From assembly GCA_044229845.1 (NCBI GenBank), contig JBGASG010000001.1:96001-160000 (forward strand): DNA of 64,000 nucleotides, given 5' to 3'. The position numbers and the translations under genes are program-made. Of this stretch, positions 26,256 through 34,713 are shown piece by piece (within the stretch, counting starts at the first letter, position 1; the number at the start of each line of letters is the position of its first letter). This DNA is from Candidatus Obscuribacteraceae bacterium. GTDB taxonomy: Bacteria; Cyanobacteriota; Vampirovibrionia; Obscuribacterales; Obscuribacteraceae. The notes under the pieces were generated by a model. That model did no database searches, was not told the DNA's origin, and saw only the letters and a list, made by a program, of their open reading frames with translations.

Positions 26256-28856
26256 TTATTCAGTCGCGGCGGTGTTGTTGAGTATGAGCTTTGATTTGGT
26301 CTGTCTCTCCAGCTGCTCTTTAGAGAGCGCCATCGGTAATACGTCGTTGCGCAACCAGGACGGCAGCTGATTGTCTCTGAAAGGTGAAAGGTAATGTCCT
26401 GATTGTCCCGGCAGTACCAGCTGATACATTTTTTCGTCATCCGCCATGTCGATCAAAATGCGAGCGGTAGGTCCAGCCTTGACGCGAAACGGCTTTTGCG
26501 GGTCGGCGGCGGATATATCGCAGGTCATGATGGAGTTTTCATCGCCTCCGGCCTGTACACCGCCTACGGTGCTGAAGAGGGTAAAGACAGGCGAGCGGAA
26601 GTCCAGAGGAGCAGCAAATTCTATTTGATGGATGCCGCCCCATGCCCAGTCTTTGAGCGGCTTGTTCAAGAAACTTATGCGAAGTTCCTTTGCGCTTTGC
26701 ATGAATGATGCCAATAAAAAAGTGTCATACGAGCGAAACTGCGGCGGCAGCCAGCGCGGCGGCAGGTCACGCACGCAATGTTCGGTGAAGGTCGACCACA
26801 TCGGCCAGCGCTCGAGATACTGGTTGGTCATGTCGATGCCCAGCTTGGGCTCAATGCTGCGGCGGGCGACCTGCATGAAAAAGGTCTCGTAAAACGAAGC
26901 CGGCATGCTGCTGGTTTTTAGCTGTCCGTCCCATTGATCGAGAGCCTGAATGGCCGGGCGCAGGGTCGAGTCGCTGGTCGGGCAGCGGTTGATGGCGGCT
27001 ATCAGTTGCTGGCGCACGACATTGCCGGAGGCGGCGTATTGATCTGTGAGGACAGCCCCGACGCTGGCCAGCGATATGGAAGGCGCCGGCGGTGTCTGAA
27101 TCTCCAGCATGCGCAGCAGGCGGTTGGCGCGGTAAGGCGGGCTGAACTGCTTGCCGAAAAACATATTGGCCGGCGCTGCCGGAGCACCGATTGCGTGCGG
27201 GATCAGTTTTTGGTTGGCGGCGACCAGAACTCCGGTGCCGCTCGTGAGCTTTTGTCCGGCCGGCAACGTGGTGAAAGGCAGGCGCTGGGGCGATATGGTG
27301 CCGGTCCACGCCCCGTCGTTGCTCCAGGCGCTCATCAGTGTGGTGCCGTCGGCGGTGCCCTGGCGCACCGGAATGCTGCCTGCCGAGAGACAACCGATGT
27401 TGCCGGAGCGGTCGGCGTACATAAAGGCGGACGGCGGGTCTGCGTATGTGACGAGTGCCTGTTTGAAGGTATTCCAGTCCTGCGCATGATTCAAGGCGTA
27501 GCAGGTGTTGAAGGCAGGCTTGGTGGCGTCGGAACCGGTCCATGAGAGCGCGACGCCGGTGTCGCCATTGCGGAAGAGAATCGGTCCTCGCTCCGTGGTG
27601 GTGATGCGGTGTTCGGTATCGCGGCTCCAGCGCACGGGAATCACTTCGGTGCGGTCGGTGACGTTTTGCCAGCCCTTTGACGCGCGTACTTTTTGACCGA
27701 ACTGAGAATCGAATTGCTCGACGAACAGGTCCTGTACATCGGCTTTCAGACTGGCGGTCACCCAGCCGATCTTGTCGTTGCGCCCGATCAAAATTCCCGG
27801 TACTCCGGGGATGGTGGCGCCGGCAAGGCGCAGTCCGGGAGCATTGATCGAAAGCGCATACCAGAGTGGTGGTATCGTCAGGCGCTCATGTTTTTCGCAG
27901 ACCAAAAGTGCACCGCCCGTGTAGCTGCGTGCCGGTGCGACGGCGATGGCGGTGCTGCCGTTGATCCATCTTTTGGGCAGGAGAGTCTCTACCTCAGCAA
28001 GTTTTTTGAGCCCGTCGCCGAGCTTTGTCTGGTCGACATAACCGACCGGCGAACGGCGAGATGCCGGTGCGGGAGCGGGTGTGCCCGGTTTGGCGGTGGG
28101 TGTGCCCGGTTTGGCGGTGGGTGTGCCCGGTTTGGCGGTGGGTGAGGGCGCAGCGACTGATTCTGTCGGTGGCGCGGATGTCGGCTGGTCTGAGAGAGGC
28201 GAAACGAAGTCATCGCGAAACAGGTCGGCGTAAGTGTCTCTGTCGACCTTCTCTTTGACGCGCTGGCGCAGGTCATCGAGCTTCCACGATTCATCTAACT
28301 CGTAGGCGAGATATTTCATCACCGCCAGAGTGTCCGCTGGTCTCCAGGCTTTGGGGCGGTAGCCGAGCAGCGAAAATTCGACGTTTAACTGATCGGCATT
28401 TGCCGACAAATAGCGATTTACGCCCAGGCAATATTGTTCGAGCGCCGCCTTGGCCAGCGGGGTGAGATGGCTGACCTCATCTTCGGCGATGCGGCGGATG
28501 CCGACGGTGCGCATCAATCTGTCGGCGGGAATGGTGCTGGAGCCGAAGACTTCCGACAGCTCGCCATTGGCGGCGCGACGCAGGAGGTCCATCTGGAACA
28601 TCCGTTCGCGCGCAACCAGATAGCCCTGTGCTTGATAGGCGTCGGACTCGCTCTTCGCTTCTATGTACGGCACACCCAGTGCATCGAAGTTGACGAGGAC
28701 GTAATTCTCCAGTCGGGGCATGGCAACCACGCCTGACATGGGCGGCAACGGGCGCCGCATCCACCACCAGGCGGACAGGGGCGTGGCGATGATCAGTACC
28801 ACTGCCGCCGCTATCCAGATCGCTTTCGAGATGGCGAATGTTGTTTTTTTGGCCAT
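26256..28856 (-). CDS. Penicillin acylase (Ntn hydrolase, S45) family, membrane-anchored
   Basis: GVPYI...AQGY...RMFQMDLLRR, beta-chain GSTAIAV, GATIPGVPGILIGRN, PGQSG; start set to ATG 28856. Confidence 0.88.
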   Translation of the reverse strand: MAKKTTFAISKAIWIAAAVVLIIATPLSAWWWMRRPLPPMSGVVAMPRLENYVLVNFDALGVPYIEAKSESDAYQAQGYLVARERMFQMDLLRRAANGELSEVFGSSTIPADRLMRTVGIRRIAEDEVSHLTPLAKAALEQYCLGVNRYLSANADQLNVEFSLLGYRPKAWRPADTLAVMKYLAYELDESWKLDDLRQRVKEKVDRDTYADLFRDDFVSPLSDQPTSAPPTESVAAPSPTAKPGTPTAKPGTPTAKPGTPAPAPASRRSPVGYVDQTKLGDGLKKLAEVETLLPKRWINGSTAIAVAPARSYTGGALLVCEKHERLTIPPLWYALSINAPGLRLAGATIPGVPGILIGRNDKIGWVTASLKADVQDLFVEQFDSQFGQKVRASKGWQNVTDRTEVIPVRWSRDTEHRITTTERGPILFRNGDTGVALSWTGSDATKPAFNTCYALNHAQDWNTFKQALVTYADPPSAFMYADRSGNIGCLSAGSIPVRQGTADGTTLMSAWSNDGAWTGTISPQRLPFTTLPAGQKLTSGTGVLVAANQKLIPHAIGAPAAPANMFFGKQFSPPYRANRLLRMLEIQTPPAPSISLASVGAVLTDQYAASGNVVRQQLIAAINRCPTSDSTLRPAIQALDQWDGQLKTSSMPASFYETFFMQVARRSIEPKLGIDMTNQYLERWPMWSTFTEHCVRDLPPRWLPPQFRSYDTFLLASFMQSAKELRISFLNKPLKDWAWGGIHQIEFAAPLDFRSPVFTLFSTVGGVQAGGDENSIMTCDISAADPQKPFRVKAGPTARILIDMADDEKMYQLVLPGQSGHYLSPFRDNQLPSWLRNDVLPMALSKEQLERQTKSKLILNNTAATE
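28077..28144. repeat. 21-bp tandem repeat x3.2 (PTAKPGT) in the acylase spacer
   Basis: GGGTGTGCCCGGTTTGGCGGT repeated exactly three times. Confidence 0.92.
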
Positions 28857-28865
28857 TAACAACTT

Positions 28866-30272
28866 GTGTCCCAAGCGGGTTCACAGTGTAGAGGAATCGT
28901 CGGGCGCGCGCCTGAAGTCTGGCAAAGGCTGCGGGTTGCAAAGCGCTATACACTGGAGCGCGTGGGAGAGCGCCAGAAATCACGTGGAAACAGACAAGTC
29001 CGGCCGGATCTTCTTTTGCTGTGCCTGGCTGCGGCGGCCGTGCGCGTGCCATTTATCTTTACCGTCCCCATGCGTGAAGCTCCGGATGAGTTCTCGCACT
29101 TCTGGGTAATTAAGTTTCTTCACGATCATCTGCGTCTGCCGAGCGCCGCCGAGGTCACTGCGGGCGGTGCATCAGGGGTCTACGGTTCGTTGCCGCAATT
29201 CGGATATGTGCCCCATGTTCTGCTGACCATGCCGTTTCCTGAAGACATGCAGATGCTGACTGCCCGTTTCGGCAGTTTGATGATGGGACTGGTGATGATC
29301 TGGGCGGCCTACCACACCGGACAGATGCTGTTCAAAAAAGACAATCTGCTCGCTTACGCTCTGCCGTGCACTTTGATCGTGCACCCGCAACTGGCGTTTC
29401 TTCACTGCTACTCGAACAGCGATTCGACGTCTTCGGCGCTCAGCAGCGTCATTATCCTGCTCATGCTGCAAATAATTTATCAAGGCGTCAGCCTGCGCCA
29501 CGCCACCATAATTGGTGCTCTGTCGGGTTGGATGGCGCTCAGTAAATTTTCTACCCTGGCCGTGATTCCGGTTGTGGCACTGGCGGTGGTGGCTTCGACG
29601 ATAATTCACGGCTCCGGCTGGGGGCTGGCAGTGCTCTCGCTTATGGCGATGGGCGCAGCGGGGGCGGCAGTTTCCGGCTGGTGGCTGGTGCGCAATTACT
29701 ATGAGTTCAACGGCGACATCATGGGCACGAAAACCATGTACGCCACCTGGGCAAAACTATTCAATCGCAAGCAAGATTTCTACCTGCCTCCTTCGCACAT
29801 CGTCAAAAACTTCAGCTGGTGGCGCATGCTGTTTTTCAGCTACTGGGGGCTGTTCGGCTATATGACGCGCTACATGTGGCGACCCGTGTATGTGGTCTAT
29901 GCCGTCTTTTTCTTCCCGTCCATAGTCGGGATAATTCGCACCACTTTCAGTGGCATTAAAACTTGTCTGGCGGACGGGCGGCGTTTGCTGACCGCGCAAA
30001 GTATCGCCTGGATCTGCCTGCTGTTGATTGTTTTGATCAACATAGCGTCTATCGTCTGGGCTTCCATGGTCAATCTCGGAGGACCTCAGGGCCGCTATCT
30101 GTTCACATCGGAGATCCCGATCATTTCGCTGATTATTCTGGGACTCAACTCTATCTGCAGGAAGTACGGTCACAAGTTCGTCATAGCCTTCGTCTTCTGG
30201 AACGCCATGGTCTGCATCGGATCGTTTATCTATCTCTTCTCTCTTTATGGATTTAATCCACGTCCTTACTGA
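28866..30272 (+). CDS. GT-C fold membrane glycosyltransferase (ArnT/PMT-like); start uncertain
   Basis: APDEFSH acidic loop, multiple TM helices, QGRYLF. Confidence 0.75.
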   Translation: MSQAGSQCRGIVGRAPEVWQRLRVAKRYTLERVGERQKSRGNRQVRPDLLLLCLAAAAVRVPFIFTVPMREAPDEFSHFWVIKFLHDHLRLPSAAEVTAGGASGVYGSLPQFGYVPHVLLTMPFPEDMQMLTARFGSLMMGLVMIWAAYHTGQMLFKKDNLLAYALPCTLIVHPQLAFLHCYSNSDSTSSALSSVIILLMLQIIYQGVSLRHATIIGALSGWMALSKFSTLAVIPVVALAVVASTIIHGSGWGLAVLSLMAMGAAGAAVSGWWLVRNYYEFNGDIMGTKTMYATWAKLFNRKQDFYLPPSHIVKNFSWWRMLFFSYWGLFGYMTRYMWRPVYVVYAVFFFPSIVGIIRTTFSGIKTCLADGRRLLTAQSIAWICLLLIVLINIASIVWASMVNLGGPQGRYLFTSEIPIISLIILGLNSICRKYGHKFVIAFVFWNAMVCIGSFIYLFSLYGFNPRPY

Positions 30273-30363
30273 TTTAAGGCGACCGTCGTAGTTTCCCCAA
30301 TTGTGAGCACTTGAGGGCGGGAGTACTATCGACCTGGTTAATGGCGTTTTTTCATCCACGTCA

Positions 30364-31722
30364 ATGGCAGACCAGGTCAAAGCCACAGATGAGCCGGCTG
30401 TTCCCAACAAGGGACAGATGGGACCCGATTGGTCTGGAAGTGCCTGTCCGACTTCGCGTGAATACAACGACATTATCTCGGTCTTTCGCAACTACTCGCT
30501 CGACCCGAAGAAACTCGGCGATCTCGATGCGCTGGACAACAAGTACAACTGCGAAATTCACTCGCCCGCCGATGCGGTGACTTACGGCAAGGAAGCGTTG
30601 CATACTCTGCACGACAAGTATGCCGCCGTCATGTCGAACATCGAAGTGGACGCGTTCTTGACCAGCCTGCGCGGCGATATTCAGGGCGTCGGCGTGCAGA
30701 TGCGCCGCGACACCGATCCCGCCACCGGCAAAGGCGTGGACAACGGACCAGTACACATCTCGCGGGTATTTCCGGACACTCCGGCGGCGGCTGCCGGCTT
30801 GCAGAAGGGCGACCTGATTGTGAAGGTCAACGGCGACCCGGTTGCGCAAAAGAGCCTCGACCAGGTGACCAACGCGATACGCGGTCCGGTCGGCGATCCG
30901 GTGACGCTCACCATCTCGCGCGGCGGCGAAGAATTCGATCGCACCATCACGCGCAGCCAGATGCACATACCGGCAGTCAGCGATGCCCAGTTGCTGCCAG
31001 GCAATGTGGCGTACATCCAGTTGCAGTCGTTCGAAGCCAACAGTTCTGCCGAAGAAGTGAAGGCGGCGCTCGAGAAATTTCGCGACTCTCGCGGTGTGAT
31101 TCTCGATTTGCGCGATAATCCGGGTGGGCAGCGCGATCTGGCGATACTGGTCACGTCGCTCTTCATGGAAAAAGGCGTCGTCATGACGGTCGACGACCGC
31201 ATTCCATCCCCGATCACCGATCCGCGCTTCCAGCGCACCACCATCTCGTTGACCACGGACAATATCGTCTCGCAGGCGGGTGCCGGTACGCCACAGCAGA
31301 CGATTCGCTATCCCGATCTGGTCAATCGCCCCACCGTGATTTTGGTCAACGGCGGCAGCGCCTCCGCTTCCGAAATCGTTGCCGGCGCGTTGCAGGACAG
31401 CCGGGATGCGCACTTGATCGGCACGCGCACCGGCGGCAAAGGCGTCGGACAGTCATTCTTCGACGGTCCGGACGGCAGTTTGATCAAGCTGACGTCCTCG
31501 CGATCTTTGTTGCCCAAGGGGCGCTGGGTTGGCGACGGCGACCAGAACACCATCGGCATCGAACCTGATGAAGTCGTACAAAATCCAGCCAACGCCCAAC
31601 CGCTCTCGCCTGACGACGTCCAACTGCAAGCGGCGCTCAAGTGGATAGCCGCGCAACCTGATGCCAAGCCGCCCAGCTGGTTGCCGCGTTTCAACTTCTG
31701 GCCTTTTTCAAGAAACGGCTAA
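30364..31722 (+). CDS. S41 C-terminal processing peptidase (PDZ)
   Basis: GVGV, PAAAAGLQKGD, LDLRDNPGG, SASASEIVAGALQD, GKG. Confidence 0.92.
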   Translation: MADQVKATDEPAVPNKGQMGPDWSGSACPTSREYNDIISVFRNYSLDPKKLGDLDALDNKYNCEIHSPADAVTYGKEALHTLHDKYAAVMSNIEVDAFLTSLRGDIQGVGVQMRRDTDPATGKGVDNGPVHISRVFPDTPAAAAGLQKGDLIVKVNGDPVAQKSLDQVTNAIRGPVGDPVTLTISRGGEEFDRTITRSQMHIPAVSDAQLLPGNVAYIQLQSFEANSSAEEVKAALEKFRDSRGVILDLRDNPGGQRDLAILVTSLFMEKGVVMTVDDRIPSPITDPRFQRTTISLTTDNIVSQAGAGTPQQTIRYPDLVNRPTVILVNGGSASASEIVAGALQDSRDAHLIGTRTGGKGVGQSFFDGPDGSLIKLTSSRSLLPKGRWVGDGDQNTIGIEPDEVVQNPANAQPLSPDDVQLQAALKWIAAQPDAKPPSWLPRFNFWPFSRNG

Positions 31723-31818
31723 AGCCGCCTTCCTGGCCTCGAGCCATCAATAAGGGTGGCCGAGTTAGTTAAAGCAAGGCGCCCTTCAGCCGTAGCAATT
31801 TTTCAACGGCTCCTGCCG

Positions 31819-31879
31819 TTGTCACAATTGGTGCCATCGATTGTGACAAATAGGCTCCGGAACCCCCGTTGGTCACAAT
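31819..31879. promoter_or_regulatory. Putative operator: 10-bp inverted repeat plus extra half-site
   Basis: TTGTCACAAT-11 nt-ATTGTGACAA and a third GTCACAAT at 31872. Confidence 0.45.
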
Positions 31880-31964
31880 AGAACGGCATTGCCTTACCCG
31901 GTAGAGCCAGTGTTGCTGCGGGGTACTCACGCGGGGGAAAGTACGAAGCGCCAGACGGGAAACC

Positions 31965-33584
31965 GTGTGGGCATTAGACGATGTTGTCAGTAGTATGAGA
32001 CAACCACCGGACCGAAATATTCCACCCACCCCAGAGGCTCATCCTATGGCAGGCGAACCGTTATTAGAAGACAGACAGGCTCCTGAGAAAACACCAGTTC
32101 AGGTTGCTGAAGGCGACAATAACGGGGACCAGCACCTTGATTTGGTTCGCATCGTAGCCGACACGCAGTCGCTGCGCCGCTCTTCGACAGGGCTCAATCC
32201 CAATCAGGGTTCGTTGACCTCCGGCTGGAACGAAAGCTATGTCGACCTCTGGAAAAGCCAGCCGCTGGAGGCCGGCGCCGTCACCGGTGCCACCGCGCTC
32301 GCCGGCTATGCAATGTGGTCCAAACTTCCCGGCGTCACCACGTACGGTGCGGGCATTTACGGTGCCACCAAGTTCGCCACCTCGGATGCGCATGACCTGC
32401 TCACCTCCCGCAGTGTCGCCGACGTCCTCAAATACGGCACTTCCAGCGCCGCCGATCTGACCATGGTAGCCGGATTGGCTGCACGTTTCGTCCCGCAGTG
32501 GCGAGCTGCTTCGTCGACCCTGACCGCCATTGGTGCGATCGGGCGTGTCGGCGCCAGTTTCCTGCCGGACTCAAACAGTTTTTCCGACAACACAGTGACG
32601 GCGCCACCAAGCATGCGCGTCACCGTCGACGTGCCGATTGAGGGCGGCAAAACCGAACCACGCGAATTCGATGTCTACTTTCCGAAGGGCGTCGATGAGC
32701 ATGAGAAACTGCCTCTGATGCTGGTCTTGCATGGAGTGGCCGATGGCAATGCCGCCGGCAGCATGGAAAAAGAAACCATGATGAACCGTCTTGCTGACGA
32801 GAAACACATGGCGGTCGCGTACCCTGTGGCGAAGTCGTTCAAGGATCCCACTTTGGGCATGACCATCCAGGACTGGAACTCGCCGGGAGCGGGATTGACT
32901 GCGCCTCGCGACGGATTCGACGATGTCGACTACATCAAGGCGATTATCAATAAAGTCGGCACGATGGCGAACATAGATCAGCGAGCCATCTACGCGGCCG
33001 GTTTCTCCAGCGGCGGCGAATTTGTTCAAGACTTGCGGGGACGCATGCCTGGCGTGTTTGCCGGCGTCGCCTCCGTGCACGGCACGTTACTGGGCACCGA
33101 AGCTAAACCGGTGGACGGTGACCAGACCGCGTTTATATCAGTTCACAGCGACAGCGATCAGATGCTCCCGTACAACGGCGGACGCGGCTTGATGACGAGC
33201 ATCAATTTCCCGCGCATTGCCGAATCGCGACCGCAGAATCAGATTCCGGTGGCGCTCAGACAAAACGGCTACGATGGTGCCTTGCCGCTGCATTCGACCT
33301 TCAATAACATCGATGTAACTGAGTATCGCCCGACGCAGCCAGGTCAAGCTCCGGTCAAGGAATACATGATCAAAGGCGGCTGGACCGGCGGCATGATCGG
33401 CGGAGTGATCGGTCGTGGACGCGATGGTTTCCCGGCGGAACATGCCTGGGACGGTCCCGGAGCCGGCGGCTGGCCGGTGGTCGGCGACAAGAATCGCTCC
33501 CTCGATGTGAGCAGGCTGGTAGTTGAAGAACTGCTCAAATACAAGAAACCGGACAATCTCAACATCAAGCGCGATCTGCAGTAG
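31965..33584 (+). CDS. PHB-depolymerase/LpqC-like esterase with long N-terminal extension
   Basis: PLMLVLHG, VAYP, WN, DDVDYI, AGFSSGG (nucleophile), DQMLPYNGG, HAW. Confidence 0.8.
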   Translation: MWALDDVVSSMRQPPDRNIPPTPEAHPMAGEPLLEDRQAPEKTPVQVAEGDNNGDQHLDLVRIVADTQSLRRSSTGLNPNQGSLTSGWNESYVDLWKSQPLEAGAVTGATALAGYAMWSKLPGVTTYGAGIYGATKFATSDAHDLLTSRSVADVLKYGTSSAADLTMVAGLAARFVPQWRAASSTLTAIGAIGRVGASFLPDSNSFSDNTVTAPPSMRVTVDVPIEGGKTEPREFDVYFPKGVDEHEKLPLMLVLHGVADGNAAGSMEKETMMNRLADEKHMAVAYPVAKSFKDPTLGMTIQDWNSPGAGLTAPRDGFDDVDYIKAIINKVGTMANIDQRAIYAAGFSSGGEFVQDLRGRMPGVFAGVASVHGTLLGTEAKPVDGDQTAFISVHSDSDQMLPYNGGRGLMTSINFPRIAESRPQNQIPVALRQNGYDGALPLHSTFNNIDVTEYRPTQPGQAPVKEYMIKGGWTGGMIGGVIGRGRDGFPAEHAWDGPGAGGWPVVGDKNRSLDVSRLVVEELLKYKKPDNLNIKRDLQ

Positions 33585-33605
33585 AGGCTCGATCTGCAAT
33601 AGCGG

Positions 33606-34595
33606 CTATTGCGGCGGCGACTCGATCAGAGTATTCGTGTCGGCTACCTTGCGTTTTTCGACGAGGCGCACATGAACCGGGGGACGAGCTTGCGGAGCCG
33701 CTTCCGATGATTCAACAGCGGGCACGGCTTCAGCAGCGCCGTCGTGACTCTCCACCGGTACGGTTTCGTAGTTGGCTGGCTTGAACCCGGGCGTTTCCGG
33801 TGGCTGCGCGGCGTTCCTGGCAGTGCTGCCGGCGGTGCTCGCCCGGGTCTCGGGAGCGGATTGCTTGGGCAAAGCAGCCAGTTGGCTCTTAGTGCCTGCA
33901 ACCTGCGGTGAATCAGGACCGTAGAGTTTTTGTTGTATCACGAGCATGCGCTTGAGCAGATCTTCGACCATGGCGTTGTCGCCGCGTGATTTGTAGAGAT
34001 CTGCCAGGCGCTCGAGATTGCGCAGAATGCTGGCGCTATCAGTGGTGACGCTTTTCTCGCGCAGGCTGAGCGCCTCGGTGGAGGCTGCAATGGCTTGTTC
34101 GGTCTGGTTTTGCTGGTGGTACTTGTCGGAGATCGTCTCCAGTGCCTTGGTGAGAGAAGCGATCACTTCTTCTTTGTTGCCGGGGTCTGTGGTGGTGGCA
34201 GCAATCGAATGCAAGGCGGAAACCGTGCCTTCGCTGGCGAAAATGGACGCCACTTTGGCAGCAACTTTGGTATCACCTAAGGACGACATGGCGAGAATGG
34301 CTGCCCGTTTGCTCTGTTCGGAGCCAGCCAGGTGAGGAATGAATTTTTCGATTGTTTGAATTTCTTGAACGCGCAGTTGTTGCTGATTGAACGTGTATGT
34401 GAAGTAGGCACCAACGCAAGCGATGATCACGGCCGAAACGATCGGTGCCAGAGCACCGAGCCGATCCCAGAAATCCTTACCGGCCTTCTGTTTCGCCAGT
34501 TGTTCTGTGAGTTGCTGCTGATGCTCGAGCACCTGCACGAGCAATTCTTTAATTTCTTGATCATTCATACGGTCACCTGCGGGCAATGGTGGCAC
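33606..34595 (-). CDS. Membrane-anchored TPR protein
   Basis: One TM helix, helical repeats, LERLADLY...LVIQQKLYGPDSP. Confidence 0.7.
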   Translation of the reverse strand: MPPLPAGDRMNDQEIKELLVQVLEHQQQLTEQLAKQKAGKDFWDRLGALAPIVSAVIIACVGAYFTYTFNQQQLRVQEIQTIEKFIPHLAGSEQSKRAAILAMSSLGDTKVAAKVASIFASEGTVSALHSIAATTTDPGNKEEVIASLTKALETISDKYHQQNQTEQAIAASTEALSLREKSVTTDSASILRNLERLADLYKSRGDNAMVEDLLKRMLVIQQKLYGPDSPQVAGTKSQLAALPKQSAPETRASTAGSTARNAAQPPETPGFKPANYETVPVESHDGAAEAVPAVESSEAAPQARPPVHVRLVEKRKVADTNTLIESPPQ

Positions 34596-34713
34596 ACACT
34601 GGTCGATGTCCGTGTGCCTTTTGAACTAGTGCGTGGGTCTATCGTACTCCTGAATCGCTACGTGCGACCCGAATTTCATGTAAGGTTGATGCTCTGTTAC
34701 TTAGCGGATCATT

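Noticed and set aside
28077..28144. Tandem repeats here and at 59148-59258 as CRISPR-like arrays
   Set aside because: Adjacent in-frame coding repeats with no spacers and no cas genes.
30361..31413. 350-aa minus-strand ORF (and similar long antisense ORFs such as 16954-17670)
   Set aside because: Antisense shadows of well-supported genes in GC-rich DNA.
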